From: Microbotryum violaceum
Lineage: Eukaryota
Reading direction: 5' to 3'
Assembly (NCBI GenBank): GCA_001244265.2
Contig: CDLV01000006.1
Location: forward strand, 434,001-498,000
DNA length: 64,000 nucleotides
Shown: positions 48,866-61,891 of the stretch, one piece after another
How positions within the stretch are numbered: position 1 is the stretch's first letter
How the letters are laid out: every line of letters begins with the position of its first letter
Notes under the pieces: model-generated
The model's database searches: none
The model's input: the letters and a program-made list of their open reading frames with translations, nothing else
What the model was told of the DNA's origin: nothing
Translations under genes and position numbers: made by a program

Positions 48866-51800
48866 TTATTTCATCCCAACCACGGCCCATCCTTCTTGTA
48901 CAAGCCTTTTGGAGGCCCACAGGTATCCGAGCCCAAACACTGCACATGACACGGTCAGGTTCATAACGACGAACAGATCAGGTAAATGAGCTGGTGGTGA
49001 AGCGACGAGCTCGACGACGTGCAACAGCGCGATCGTAGCGTAGGAAGCCTTATGCCCGGGGAGAAGAGTGATATATCAGCCAGGGGGAATGGGGAGGTGC
49101 CAGAGTTCTCACGGATAAGGCTTACGAGCGAAAGGTATTTGACGAAGGATCGCCGCAGTGCCAAGGGATTGTACCCGATCACGTAGTTCCATCCAAATGT
49201 GAGCACGAGATAGGCAAGTCCCACCCCATCGCGCTTCAGCAAAGGCCACATGCTGTTCGTGAAGGAGATTCAAAAGTCAGTGGTAGTTCATGGAATGGGG
49301 GCTGAGAGGTCATTCGGGTGAGTTCCGTACCTGAACACGCCAACATTGTTCAACAGCACGCCCCATTCCCAATCCATCCGGCCAAAACCGGCTTCACGTC
49401 CTCCCATCAGAAGCGTCAAGGGCATCAGTGGCAGCAGAATGCTCTTCTCGTGGACCTGGAAGGAGAACATGAAGAATGACATTGAAGAAACGAAGAGAGC
49501 GTGGGGAAGAAGCTTGATCGTCTGAATTCCGCCCGTAGTGGACTCCGCGGTGGCTGCTGGTGCTCCATTCAGCTGCGCGGATTTCGTGTAGCCGGTCGCC
49601 GCTTCGTCCTGGCGTTTCCTGATACCAAGCTCGCGACTGATCCACAACAGCCCAATGACCGAAGGTAACAGGGCCACGAGGGTGAAAACAAGGGCGAGCC
49701 GGGCCAACGACGCCACGGACGCAAGTTGTCGCAACTTGACCACGACGTTGATCGCACACCAGAAGTTGGCAACCTTGTCCTCGAACAGACCTCTGGAGAA
49801 GGGGAATATTCTCGCGAGGATTTGGAGGATCTCCGAAGGCTTGGAAAGGAAGGGCGAGAGAAGTAGACCGAAAGAGATGACGGTGATGAAGCCAAGATTG
49901 ATGAAAAGCGACATGCCCAGACCACCGCCCGTATAGAGGCACTTTCCGAGCAGGTAGGCGAAGCTGCAATGATGCGTCTATCATGGTCAGCGGTGCTGGA
50001 AAAGGTCAAACCATTGAGTCAAACCTCGGGCTCTACTCACATGGCAGGGCTATAGTACAGGGCCATCTGCTTGAACCCAAGGGCGCCAACGAAGGCGACA
50101 GCTCCGAGCAGGTCGTAGCCACTTTGGAAGAAGTTGAGTGCCCACACGGTCAAGCCCAGCATGAGCGAATTGTACCTGCGGTGGTGGCATGAGCATGGGA
50201 AAGTCAGATCCTACTGCCGTGCAGGTATGCTGGCCTCCAACACGTACTGGAAATGACCATTGTCGATCAAGATCAGAGCCGGCTGCAGCAGCACGCTTAG
50301 TGTCGCAACGATCTGTGCTCGGGAACACGTTTCTTTAGCAAACACACTGCAAAGCGTGTCAGGTCGCGCTGGGAGACTCACCGTAGGTTGCGCACGTTTG
50401 CTACTACTCTCTTTCTTGGCGTAGTTGCGGCTGCAGTAGACTACGATCGCACTGATGTAGACGAGGAGATCGCCGACTATCACCGTGGTGCGCATCCAAG
50501 CCTTCATTTCGCCAGTTTGCTCTAGCTGGACCATGTTCTGCTCCCACGCCGCGAGTGCATCTTTTGGCGCGTCGCTCGGGGGACGCCATGTAACAAACTC
50601 TGCGGTGCGAGGCGTCAGTCGGGCGAGGAAGCCGAGCAAGAGGGAGTGGTACGCCGTCAGAGGAGGATAATCGAGGCGCCAATAGTCGTAGTCGTGATGG
50701 TACCACCGAATGATCGGGATGGGATCATGTCTTGCATACGATGACGGAGCTAGATGCAGCCACTGGGAAGTGAGTGTTGCAGACGTGAGAGAGAGCCAAT
50801 GCCGCTGGGCTTCGAGATCGCCGCGCAAGGGAGGGATTCCGAAACCTGCGACGACCATATCCAGCATCAGACCACGGATGTTCGCCTCATAGTTTAGCCT
50901 TCTTCGCCAGCAAATACGACATTGCTTACCCGAGTACTCTCCAAGTCCGACGATGCACTTGACGAGCACGACGAACGCGACGGCCAAGGTGAGCGTTCGG
51001 GTCGGACCGACAGCGGGCTCGAACGACTTGGTCCACCGCCGCACGGGCGAGTCGGTCTGTTGGAGCAGAGCTCTCCGTTGTTGGCGAGCTTTGTCGGATC
51101 TGTTGTCGTCGGTGCGACGAGTGCGAGTCGCATGGAAGTTGGATATGAGCGATACGCCGCTCTCCGACGCCGAGTCCAGATGGTCACGGTCGCGGTCCTT
51201 AGCGCGCAGCCGTCTCGAGATAGTGCTTTTGTGCGACTTTGCGGCGGTCGAGCCTGCAGCCGAGGTGCTTTGATACGCTTTCTGACGCTGGGGTGCGAGG
51301 TGAGCTGGCCAGGGCGAGTGATGAGTGGTCGTGGTCGTGGTCGCAGCTGCGGGATAGTGGGTGTTGCTGCTCGGGTGGTGATTCTTTCTCTTGCTCGAAG
51401 TGGTCGCGGTCGCGGTCGCGGTCGTGGTCGTGGTCGTGGTCGTGGTCGTAGAAGGCGCTCGTGTCGAGGCCGACGCAGGTATAACTCGAGATGGGGCGAG
51501 TTGCCGCGTCGAGTACGATGGTGGAGCAGTGACCCCTGTCCCTATCCCAGCCCCCGCCGCCCCCGCCCCCGCCGCGCCCCCCAGACTTGCAGAGTAGCCG
51601 GCAGCAGCAGTACCGCGGTCAACGACGCGGTGCGGACGACGTGTGGATGCGGAGGTGGACGAGTACTCTGAGCGAGGGCGCGAGTCTTGTTGTGATCGTC
51701 GTGACTGGGTGCGCTGCTGGTCGAAGCCGTCGTCCGCGTGTGGCTCGCGGTGGTCGCGACTATCGCGGTGGCCGCGGTGTTCGTCCGGCCCAACATGCCG

Positions 51801-51950
51801 GTGGGGCGGCTGCTCGTTGAACACGGTCGACTCGAATTCGAAGCGGTCCCCGTCGAGCAGCTGCATCGATCTCGAGGCCGGGATTGCGACCGGCTTGGGG
51901 TGATGGAGCACGTTCAGACGAGATCGCTCGTCCACTCGGCCGTCTGACAT
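48866..51950 (-). CDS. ALG6: Dol-P-Glc:Man9GlcNAc2-PP-Dol alpha-1,3-glucosyltransferase, multi-exon
   Basis: GDLEAQRHW, YWRLDYPPLTAYHS, LILIDNGHFQ, FPFSRGLFEDKVANFWC, FSFQVHEKSILLP. Confidence 0.95.
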
Positions 51951-52246
51951 GGCCGGATCAGGTGAGGGACAGAGGAGAGGTCAAAGTAATGCGATTGGCA
52001 TTGGGTAAGCTCAGCAAGGCTGGAGCCGCGCGGGCCCAGTGCTGAGCCCCACGCGAGGCAAGCGGGGCGGGGCGCGGCTCCTCTCAGCACCAGGCGTTCG
52101 CGCACGGACCACGTCAACCAACTTGGGGGCGTGGGCGTGACCTCTGGCGTGACGCGTGACGCGCGGCGTGGGCTCTCCTTACCACAACGAGATTCTTGTC
52201 CGGCTCGAAAGACGTCGGCCGTCCTCCCTCGCCTACGCACACGGTC

Positions 52247-54023
52247 ATGGCTGTGGCTGTCCAAGCACCAACGCGGTCGATCCATTCCCTCGGGCATGCG
52301 ACACTCGAGTCGGACATGCGCGCCGGGCTGGCGACGAGCGCGGTGGTATCATCGCCATCGACAGCGTCAGCGCTCTCGTCATCCTCGTCATCCTCGTCGT
52401 TGAGCGAACAGGGGCGGTCACCGTACGCCCGCACGCAACAGATCAGCTCCAAGCGGCAGCGCTACACACATCAAGACGAATCGATCTGGACCGAGACGCT
52501 GCCCGATCATGTGCACACCCCGCAACCACTCGCAGAGGACGATCTCGAGGACATCCTTGCGTAAGGCCCAAGCGTCGCCCCACGTCGTCTCCGAACCGCG
52601 TGCGGCTGAGAATCGCCGAGTCGCGAGTCGCTACTTACAGCCGGCTCGTGGGCAGCTTTGGCGCTTGGAGGCAAAGCTCACAGCTGAGGCTTCTTTTCCC
52701 TTGCGCATCACATTCCACAGGATGCCCGTTGCGGTCGAGCTCAAACCTCGTCGGTCTCAGGTCAACCTGCTGCACTCGTCTTCGAATCAGAATCTGCGCT
52801 CGCCGGCCTCATCCGCGCCCCCACTTAGCCCTTCGTTCCATACCAGCGCCTCACCCTGGACGGCCCACTCGAATTCACCCGCAAGATCACCCGCCTCGAA
52901 TTCCAAGGCTTCGAACACCATATCACAAACGGCCACGAACCGCTCCATCCAGTCGCACACTTCCCGCGCCAGGTCAAGAAGTCAGTCACGCATCGCTCGG
53001 CCCATCGACCTCGTCGCACCACCAATGCCGTCCCGATCGGCACCACCGCTAGAGAAGGAGAATAGGAACGAGACCGAGGGGAAAGAAGAGTCAGAGGAAC
53101 AGATCGAATGGGAAACTCTTCAAGTTGCTGAGCCAATTAGTCGCATCCCCACCGAGCCAGCCGTCCAGCCCATCGGCGGAATCACTTCGGATGCGCCGGC
53201 AGTCAAATTCCCATCCGGCAAGGCAGTTACGCCCCGACAAAGTCCAACCCTTTCGTCAGGAACCACTGGCAGGACAGCAAGAAACGCTCTTCCCCGTACG
53301 CCAGCCAACACGAATGCTCCTCTACGAGCGACTCCTTCGCCCTCGGCGGGCTCGCCCATTTCTGGTGGACCCCGGAAATCCAAAGCATCGCCTTCGAGTT
53401 CGTTGAACTCTCGCACTCGAACACGATCAGCTGCACCGAGACCACAAAAGACATCCCCTTATCTCGACGACGCCGACGCTTTGCCTGACGCAACCCCGCC
53501 GTGGATGGCTGCGCCTGCCCCGATCGTTTTCCGAAGTGGCGAAGACGGGAGTTTGAGAGGGCAAGGACGGGTCGATGAGATGGTCTTGCCGGCCGTCGCC
53601 CGTCGTCTCGAGGCAGAACGCCTCACGGCTGCTTCCTCCACTACAAGTAGTCTGCTCATCACCGAATGGGACGCGCAAGGGAGACCTGTTCGAGCCGGAG
53701 ACGTGCTATCGCCTCTTACGAAACAATCCTCTGGTGGCGCGTCGCCGAGTCCATCGGCAAATGAGCCAACAACGGGATTCGGAAAACGTGGAGCTGCGGA
53801 CGCACTTGGGGCTGGAAATACCCGACCCCAAGTGGCCCTTAAACCCTTATCGCGGACATCGTCACTGCCTCATCCGATCCCAGCACCGGTCCCGTCGCCT
53901 CCCGTCCCAACAACTCCGGTTCGACGCCCGGAGAGACCCTCAACTCCCCAACAGGATTTGACAATAAATGGCGAGGAGATCATCTCCAAGAAGGGACTTT
54001 GTGGCGGCTGTACCATCTCTTAG
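52247..54023 (+). CDS. Ser/Pro-rich protein with C-terminal CaaX (GLCGGCTIS); TeaR/Mod5-like candidate
   Basis: Intron 52561-52720 (GTAAG...CAG) joins two ORFs in frame. Conserved-looking block PPW...EMVLPAVARRLEAE...EWDAQGRP; ends CTIS-stop. Confidence 0.7.
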
Positions 54024-54490
54024 TATCATTGGGCATTCTTTCAGTGCAATTGTACTTTGGTCTTCGTTGGGCTTCACCTGGACATCTCTACCTTGCGCGG
54101 TTGGCTGCGTATTGCAGCGGACATTTATTCGCGAGATAAAGATGAGAATCCTGGTCCTTTGGTTTCTCCGATTAGCCATCTGTACTTGAGGGCTCCACAC
54201 GAGGGGCCAGACCCGCGCCATGGTGAAACTTCGTCTTGGGGAAATTTATCTCTAGTGCCGACGACAAAGGCGCCAACTTAGTGTGGCCCAGGGGAGCGTA
54301 GCTTTCAAGATACTACAGAGTGCTACTTGTAGGTTTTAGATTTGGACGAGGCATCAATGAAGGGCATTTGGCGCGGATATTAGCCATGGGCATTTCCCAG
54401 TCTTCCCCAGCCAGACGTCGAGCAAATTTCAAGCAAATCGGCCCGAGGACTGCCGAATCCCGATGGCGCCGCGGGAGAACTCGCGATCGG

Positions 54491-57400
54491 TAGAGACCTC
54501 AGGCAGCCTTAAGCTCAACTAAGCCCTCCACTCTGTGGAGGGGCTTAGGACTTATCGGCGCGCCTGGCCCAGTTGCCCTCCGAAATTTCAGGATCATTTT
54601 GGGGTGGTTCTCTGTAGCGTGGCAAGGACTTACAATTATCCAAAACGCAGAGATGTTATTGATCTTCTACTAGAAAAAATGGCCTGTGCCGAACGACAAG
54701 AGCCCATCTGTAGGCGAAGCTATAATGATCTGAAGTGTGCAAACTTGGTCAATTTGGTCCCGAGTGGTCCGTGCGACAGCACGCTGCTGCAGCCGCCGGC
54801 TTGGGCACTTCGGCGTGTGCGCATCGGTTTCTCTCCCGTCCCATTCCGCCTCACTCGTCTTCTCGGTACTATGCTCTTCGCTTCTTCTCAACACCGCGCT
54901 TACCTCAGAATGACGCGGAAGCGCAGACGCTATAACTCGACGACTCGCCAGGATCGCTGCCGTCAGGCGGATCTATTCGCTCGGTTTCGGCTTCATAAGC
55001 TCTCACTATGTCAATACCTCTCGTGGTATTTTAGCCCATCAATACAACACGATGGTGTTCACACCAATAGGCCAAAGCTCTTCAACGGTAATTGGACACA
55101 GCTCAAGCATGTACTTGATCTCATCATGCAACTCGCCCGCGAAGATGGCCCAGACGCACGAGGCCGAATCAATAATTGGATCGCCACATTCCAGCATATC
55201 AGATCAGGATACAAGACCGCGGCAAGGCCTCTTAAACACTTGCCTCCTACCTGTGCAATCTGACTCAATCATTGTGGAAGATATGAAATGAACCAAATTC
55301 GCCTTCGTCTCCAGCCACGACATGGCTGGAGAAGCCTTGGCATCTGATCAGATTGACGCACGCCTCGACGCAATAGTCGAAAGCAACTCTTTCATCAGTG
55401 GACGCATCCGCAACCTCTTGTCTCACTGCGGAGACCCACCACCAATTGAAGAATCAAACTGCGACAACCACATCTCGGATTCTACGGCCGTTGACATGGA
55501 GGACGCTCAAGAGGATAGCTCTGGGTCGGATGCAGAACGGGGGCGTTTCAAGGAGCAACATGTATCATTTGTGCGTAGTTATGGCCTGAGCTTAGCCCCT
55601 TGGTCAAAGTCAAATTGATGATGGCGTTTATTGACTTGCCGCAGTTTCGTCGCTCGATAATGGGTCAGATCGCCTTCGGGTGTAACCGAAGAAACAATGC
55701 TATGCAGCATCGTAACGGTCTCATGGCTCTCGCATGTGGAGCGAACGATCGGTTGACGACGTTCCTGTACGATTGTGGCCTCACGACCTCTCGCCGTACG
55801 ACTCGACGAGCAGCTTTGAGCCTGACAATGGCCAATCTGACGTTGCTGAAGGAGATCGGGTCAACCCGCTATTTCCATGTCACTCTTGACAATATCGACG
55901 TTGCACATCACGTCAATGACGAACAACTCGATCGACGTTCCGAGCTGCTTCATGGGACTTTCGGATATGCGCACGTTCAGAATGGAGACGTGGCCAACGC
56001 GTACGACCTTCAAGCATACATTGCGCATCGAGCATTGTTACCTCCGGTCGATGTAAACCTTTTCTTGCCCGCTGAAGCGTCTGAGGAGGCCTTCGCCACA
56101 GGGTTTTCCGCCCAGATGTATCGAGCGCTTGCTCGACTGGTTCCTCATCTCGGCCTCACGCTTCACGAACCTCGGTGCACACCAGAGCCAATCGAACAAC
56201 TGGATGTCCGAAAACCCGACATTACTTTGCTTCAGATGATGGACAAATCCGATACATCCACCGCAGATGTAGCAAAAGTCATCGACCGTCTGCGGATGCA
56301 ACTCGGACTCTCGGAGAAAGAATACGCGGACTCTGTACGGATACTCGAATGTGATGGCGGGACCTCAATGCTTGTCGAGTCACTTCGTAGGAACCGCTTT
56401 CCGTTTCGACGACTGTACGATGGACTAGGGACTACAATCACAGTTCCAGGCGTGGCTCATTTGCAATGGTGCATTGGGGCAGCAATCTACCGACGATGCT
56501 TTGGGGATCCGTTGGAAGGATCGAAAAATCGAGGGTCGCTTTTCATCACCGCTAATCTACTTGGCCGCAAAGGACTGGACCCCTAAAAAATTAAGGACTA
56601 CAACCAGATGGAAAGGCTGCTTCGAGACACCGCTCAACAGGAGCTGTTGAGCTGTCCGACTCTCTGAACTCAATCGATGGAGACCGACGCGGTGTGCCCT
56701 TGACAGGCGTTGGCGTTTGTACGGGCATGGTGGATCATGAGGGCGGTAGCGACGTCGTGGACTGGCGTTGTGGATCGAAGGTGAGACCGGTGAGGCGCGG
56801 CTGGCTGATTCACGTCGGCGCGAAGAACCGTCCCTCTGGGTCCGTGCGCGAGCCAGCTCCAAGTCGAAAATAACGACTTCTTACCGCTGTAGCTCAATGA
56901 ATAGGCTTTGCAAGAGTCTTCCCTTGGGTAGATGCTCGAAGGAATAGCCTAAAAATGCGCCTATTGAAACAGATTGTACAGGTTGATTTTATTTGCCATG
57001 CTACAGCAAGGTGGTACTTTTCTGGGCCAAATTTCGATAGGCAACTCAGCCAAACGCGCGGAAGGACCCCCGAAAGCCCAGCCAGAGGCGCATGCGGAAA
57101 AACGCCCTTTTTGGCCTTTTTGTCAAAGTTCTTACCCTATTTGGGCCCCAAAATGTCAAAATTTCGCATGCGCCTCGGAAATATTATCAAAATATGTTCT
57201 ACATGCTCCAAACATCGCTCAAAAGTCCTCGAAAACGCGTTCCGAGCGTTTGCGGCGCGCGGCGGCCTATCGAAAGTGGCTTGCGGCGCGCGTCGCTTCG
57301 GCTGGTGTTGCGCGTGGCTCCACGCTTCAAACAAGCCTTCCTTGCTTTGCTGGCTGGCTCGCTGCTTCGTTGTCAGACTTCCTTTTTGCTGAAGTTGATC

Positions 57401-59198
57401 TCCTTGTTTCCGCGGTGGCATTTGTGCGGCTTGTAGAGGTTCTGCCGGCGGCATCTCGCAGGCCGGGCACGCTCCGAAGGGCGGCAAACCTTTGCTCGGC
57501 ATGTGCGCTCGTGCTGATTAGGCGCCCGTCCGGGTAACATGAGGTAAGGTCCGTGGTTGAACGATATGTAGTCGTTGACGGGCCTAATGACTCGATGACC
57601 TGTCGACCATCAATCATGCGGAACGGCATAGTGCCATCAATGAGGTGTGTGGAATAGCATGTTTTCTTGATGAGGCGAAGCTCCTGTACGACGACATTTG
57701 AGAGTAGAACCAACGAGGCGAGCCTATCTTGGTTGCAGTGGTTTGTTGTCACTTTGCTATAGATGTATCGCACTGTAGGACACAAGACTTGTGTCAAACG
57801 AGAACTTCACAGCTCAACTGCCATTCAAGGCATCGTACCAATTCCAATGAACAGCACTTCTTCTCCATAAACAGTTTGATCGCAGCTGAGTGAATGCATG
57901 CCACGCTTGAGGCCAAAGCAGACCAGAGATCCGATCTCCGATGTTGTGGTAGTGGTTACAGCTCCGCCGTCAAGCGATCCAAAATGAGGATAGCGTTGTG
58001 CTAGTGCTCCGTCTGCTTGTTTCTCCAAACATTAGATCCAGTTGCCTTCGCTCCTAAATTCAGCGACAACTCACTTGAATGCGGCCATCCTCAGTATAGA
58101 CATTCTTCTGGATCCTCGTGTGTTGTGAGCGCTCGGTCCATCTGGTCACCTCTAGTCCAGCGAAAGCTCCTTGTCGTGCCCGCCATGTCTTCGCAGCGAG
58201 ATGGTCCCATGGACTGTACCAACCCTTTCAAGAAGCATGAATGTGCTGCACTGCGTCCTTCCTCTGTATTGCTAACCCCTACGCCTGCCTCTCCGCGAGT
58301 TGGGTCGCTCGATTCCATCGGCCTCCCTTGAGTAGAACAGCTTGAGTTGGCTACACTTATGAGCAGCTTGATGGGCAATCAGGTTGGCCAGTTCAGCGAG
58401 AAATTGGTATCGCGAGCATCGACAACTTGAGGCGGAAGTTTCAATTGTGTGGGCTGTGTAGAACCAAACACGCGTGAGCTTAGACCAAAATTTCGATAGT
58501 TGAGCTTGGTAGACGCACGATTGGTCGTGAGAAGCTGTTTCAGTTGCCTTCTCAACGGCCTCGAGTAGATGATAAGGTCGAGTACTGGGTGTGCTCGTCT
58601 TTGGACAACTCGATGTAAAGAGACGCGTCGGCGGGAGCGACATCGAAGGCGAGGAGCTCGGCGATCGTCATGTTCATGTTGGTGAGCGGCAATAATCAAT
58701 CGAAGGCATCGTTCAGGCCTGCATGGGATGATGTTGTCGTGCTATGCTCCAATCTCGGACGAAAGTCGGTGAAGCGGAACGGAACCTGCGCCCTTTCGAT
58801 ATCTAATCGGCCTAATCCCTCACAGCCACTTAACTCAAGTGATTACCAAAGATGACTAGTACTAAGTGACTTGCTCAAGCGCAAGCATCGCGAAACGCGT
58901 CTCGAAGCGAGGGCAATCGGGCCCAAAGTCATGCCGTAGGCTGCTCAGGGTAGGCCAAAATTGGGCCGACTCGCGGGAAAATGTCAAAATCTAGACATGC
59001 GCCTGGGGGGTGAAACGTGTGTTTCATCCCAAAATGTCAATTTTTTGCAATGCGCCTCGACGATTTTCAGGATTTTGGGTCCTCAAAATGTCAAAAAAAA
59101 AAAAAAAAATGCGCCTCCGGCTGGGCTTTCGGGGGTCCTCGCGCCGATAAGTCCCAAGCCCCTCCACAGAGTGAGCTTAGGCAGCCTCAGGCTCTGTT
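54491..59198. mobile_element. Decayed TIR DNA transposon carrying a DUF6589-type transposase
   Basis: 34-bp inverted repeat 54529-54562 / 59140-59173 (33/34), extending imperfectly outward; subterminal AAAATGTCAA...ATGCGCCT repeats; transposase-like ORF inside. True ends and TSD not found. Confidence 0.75.
55322..56680 (+). pseudogene. DUF6589-like transposase pseudogene
   Basis: NAMQHRNGLMALACG..L..CGL..S, LDNID, HGTFGY, ECDGGT, PGVAHLQW. In-frame TAA at 56584-56586 with plausible coding sequence continuing briefly (KIKDYNQMERLL), then lost. Confidence 0.7.
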
Positions 59199-59270
59199 CC
59201 ACGATCTAGCGCTCCAGCTTGCTTGATTTGCTTGATTTCAACGCCCTGCTTACGCTTCGCAACCGTGGTC

Positions 59271-59771
59271 ATGGCTCGACGCATCACAGGCTTGCAGCGT
59301 CAAGTGCTGCATACCTACAAGCGTGCCCTCAAAATGATCACGACCAAACCTCTCGTAAGTGTCTGCGAAGCTGTGCGGTTGCGATGACGTCGATGTCCAC
59401 CCCCACCCCGGGGGCGGCATTATTTTGTACCGCGTCACACTCGAAACGGCGAACCTGTCCATGCAGCGGTTGCTCCACCACTGTGCACCACAACCTTGCA
59501 CATAGCCTAAACTAACGAGCCGTCTCGGCTATGTACGCAGCACACGCGACCGATGTGGTTCGCCTTCGTCTCGCACCAGTTCCGATCCCCCTCGCTCGGA
59601 GGCGGTCTGCGCAAGAAGGACGTCGGCGCGATCGAGTACTACCTTCGTCGAGCGGACAAGATGCTCGATGCGTACGAACAACCCTCGACGAAGAGCGTCG
59701 GCGTGACGGAAGAGATGCGACGCTCGGTTCAAGGCCAGCTGGGTTGGGTGTGCCGTCGACCAAAGGAGTGA
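59271..59771 (+). CDS. SDH6: LYR-motif succinate dehydrogenase assembly factor 1 (SDHAF1)
   Basis: TGLQRQVLHTYKRALK..TKP | intron | ...F..GGGLRKKDVGAIEYYLRR. Confidence 0.88.
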
Positions 59772-60826
59772 AAGTCACACTCGCTCGATGCGCTGGTGCC
59801 CCGAGGCCACTAGGCGGCTATGGCTGTGCTTGAAGTGGGATAGGCACCAGTCCAGTTTTCACACGTTTGCCGTCAAGCCTGGTCACCCTCCCGCACATGC
59901 GACGTGCTACGGAAGCTCGGCCCCCAAGAAGACCGGCTGGTGTCGCCCCCTCCCACTCGCTTATGCGACTGCCGCAACCACGACCTCCACCTTGCCTACT
60001 CGATTGACCACGCAATCTTGATCTGGGTTGATGCGGTGCACATTCGACAGCATAACCCCACGGATTGCAGCAGGGACCGGAAGGCGAAGAATTGGACTCG
60101 GACGACTCGGCGACTGCGACAAGATCGACTTCTCTCCCATACTACCACATGATGCCGGAGCGTTGGGTAGATCTGCGTCCCGGTGTGGCAGCAAGGTTTA
60201 AGGTGAATTCGTTCTCGCCCATAACGTCAAGTACAGTTGTAATATCGCTCGTCTGGTGACAGACGCTGAAACGCCTGAGAAGAAGAATTGGCAAGTCGGC
60301 GTGACCCTCTCAAAAAAACGACAATCTGGGGAAGGCCCAGGATTGAACAAGGAGACCTTTCAGGTCAAGGAATTTACGGGAACTGAAATGCGAAGAAGAG
60401 AGAGAGACGGCTTGGGGCTCACACCTTGAGAAGAGGCGGTCACTGGAAGAGGGAATGGAAAACTTTGCCATAATTTTTTTGAACCTTCGAGCCCAAAGAA
60501 TGAACCGGGCCCGCCGCGAGTACTACAGGGCATGCCTCACCAGGGCGGGAGTTGATTAGGTTTGCTCCCTTAAAATTGTAGACAGCGGGTCTACATAACC
60601 CGACGGGCAAGGTACTAGCTGAACGACGTGGCTCTTGCCTATTACGTTTGTCGCGATCGAGAAATGACTCGGAGGTGCGCGGCGCACATGCGGCGCACTG
60701 GTTGGCGCTGTAGGCCAAAGGCTGCCAAAGGCCTCCAAAGGCCGGCGCGGGGAGACGTGGCCCGCGTCCGATTGTTGGCGGTGCATTGGTTAACCTCCCG
60801 CCTCACATCGCCAATCACACCTCACC

Positions 60827-61891
60827 ATGGTCAGTTGCTCGGGCTCATCCTGGCCGTGGTGACTTGAAAGTTCCATCTTGTGCCTTGCCCCCGCTTCCGC
60901 CTGGGTCACCGAGTTTGTTTCACAGCTCACGCTCACGATTCATTCGACATCGACCCGCCGTCCTGGCTGGGTGACATACGGCTGCTGTGTGCGCGTCCCG
61001 AGCGCTCGAGCGGGTCACGCCGCCGATGTCCTCCCTCGACAAGCCGTCTTGAGTGACTCAGACAACGAGATTTCGCAGTCCGAGTCTCTTTCCATGCTGG
61101 CGTGTGAAGCACGACGTCGGCCGTCAATGAAACGCCGGTTGACCTCATCGAGCGTCATCAAGCAACCGTGGATCGGACTGCCAACCGGTTCATGGGTCCT
61201 CCGACACGGCTGACCCTCACACCCTGCTGCTACCTTTCACATAATTTGCTTTCGTATAGTCTTCCGGAGTCGCTGTTAACGCGCAATGCGTCGAGACCTT
61301 CACAACGCTCAAGCTGGGCAAGAGTGAGTTACCTTCGACCGTCATGCCCTCACCGCCTCCGATCCCGCCGATCGCAAGCCAGCAGCTGCACGACACGTGG
61401 CATGTTCACCGACACGCTTTGTGACACGTTGCAGAGCTCAAGTACATCGTATTCAAGCTCGCGGACGACAACAAGGAGATCACGGTCGAAAAGTCGTCCG
61501 ATTCGGCCTCGTACGATGATTTTGTCGCGGACCTGCCCGCCGACTCGTGCCGCTACGCCATCTACGACTTCGAGTACGAGAAGCCGGCCGAAGGCAAGAG
61601 GAACAAGATTTGCTTCTTTGCGTGGTCGCCTGATGATGCCAAGGTCAAGAACAAGATGCTGTACGCCTCGTCCAAGGACGCGCTCCGTCGCGCACTCGTC
61701 GGCATCGCCAGCGAGATCCAAGGCACCGATTATTCCGAGATTGCTTACACCGAAGGTCAGTCTCGTTGACCGGTCGCACTCGCTCTTGATCCGCTCGCAT
61801 CGCTGCGTGTCTGCGCCTCCTTACGCCACTTGCTGATGGGCTCTCTTCGCGTCGAACAGTTCTCGAAAAGGTCTCGCGTGGAACTGCCTAG
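60827..61891 (+). CDS. COF1: Cofilin/ADF; 4 exons, first coding exon is ATG only
   Basis: [60 protein letters not shown]. Confidence 0.96.

Noticed and set aside
53990..54023. CTIS CaaX as a mating pheromone precursor
   Set aside because: It ends a >500-aa protein without tandem peptide repeats, and I see no pheromone receptor in the window.
60455..60490. Sm-site-like AATTTTTTTG suggesting an snRNA
   Set aside because: No conserved U1/U2/U4/U5 5' motifs found nearby.
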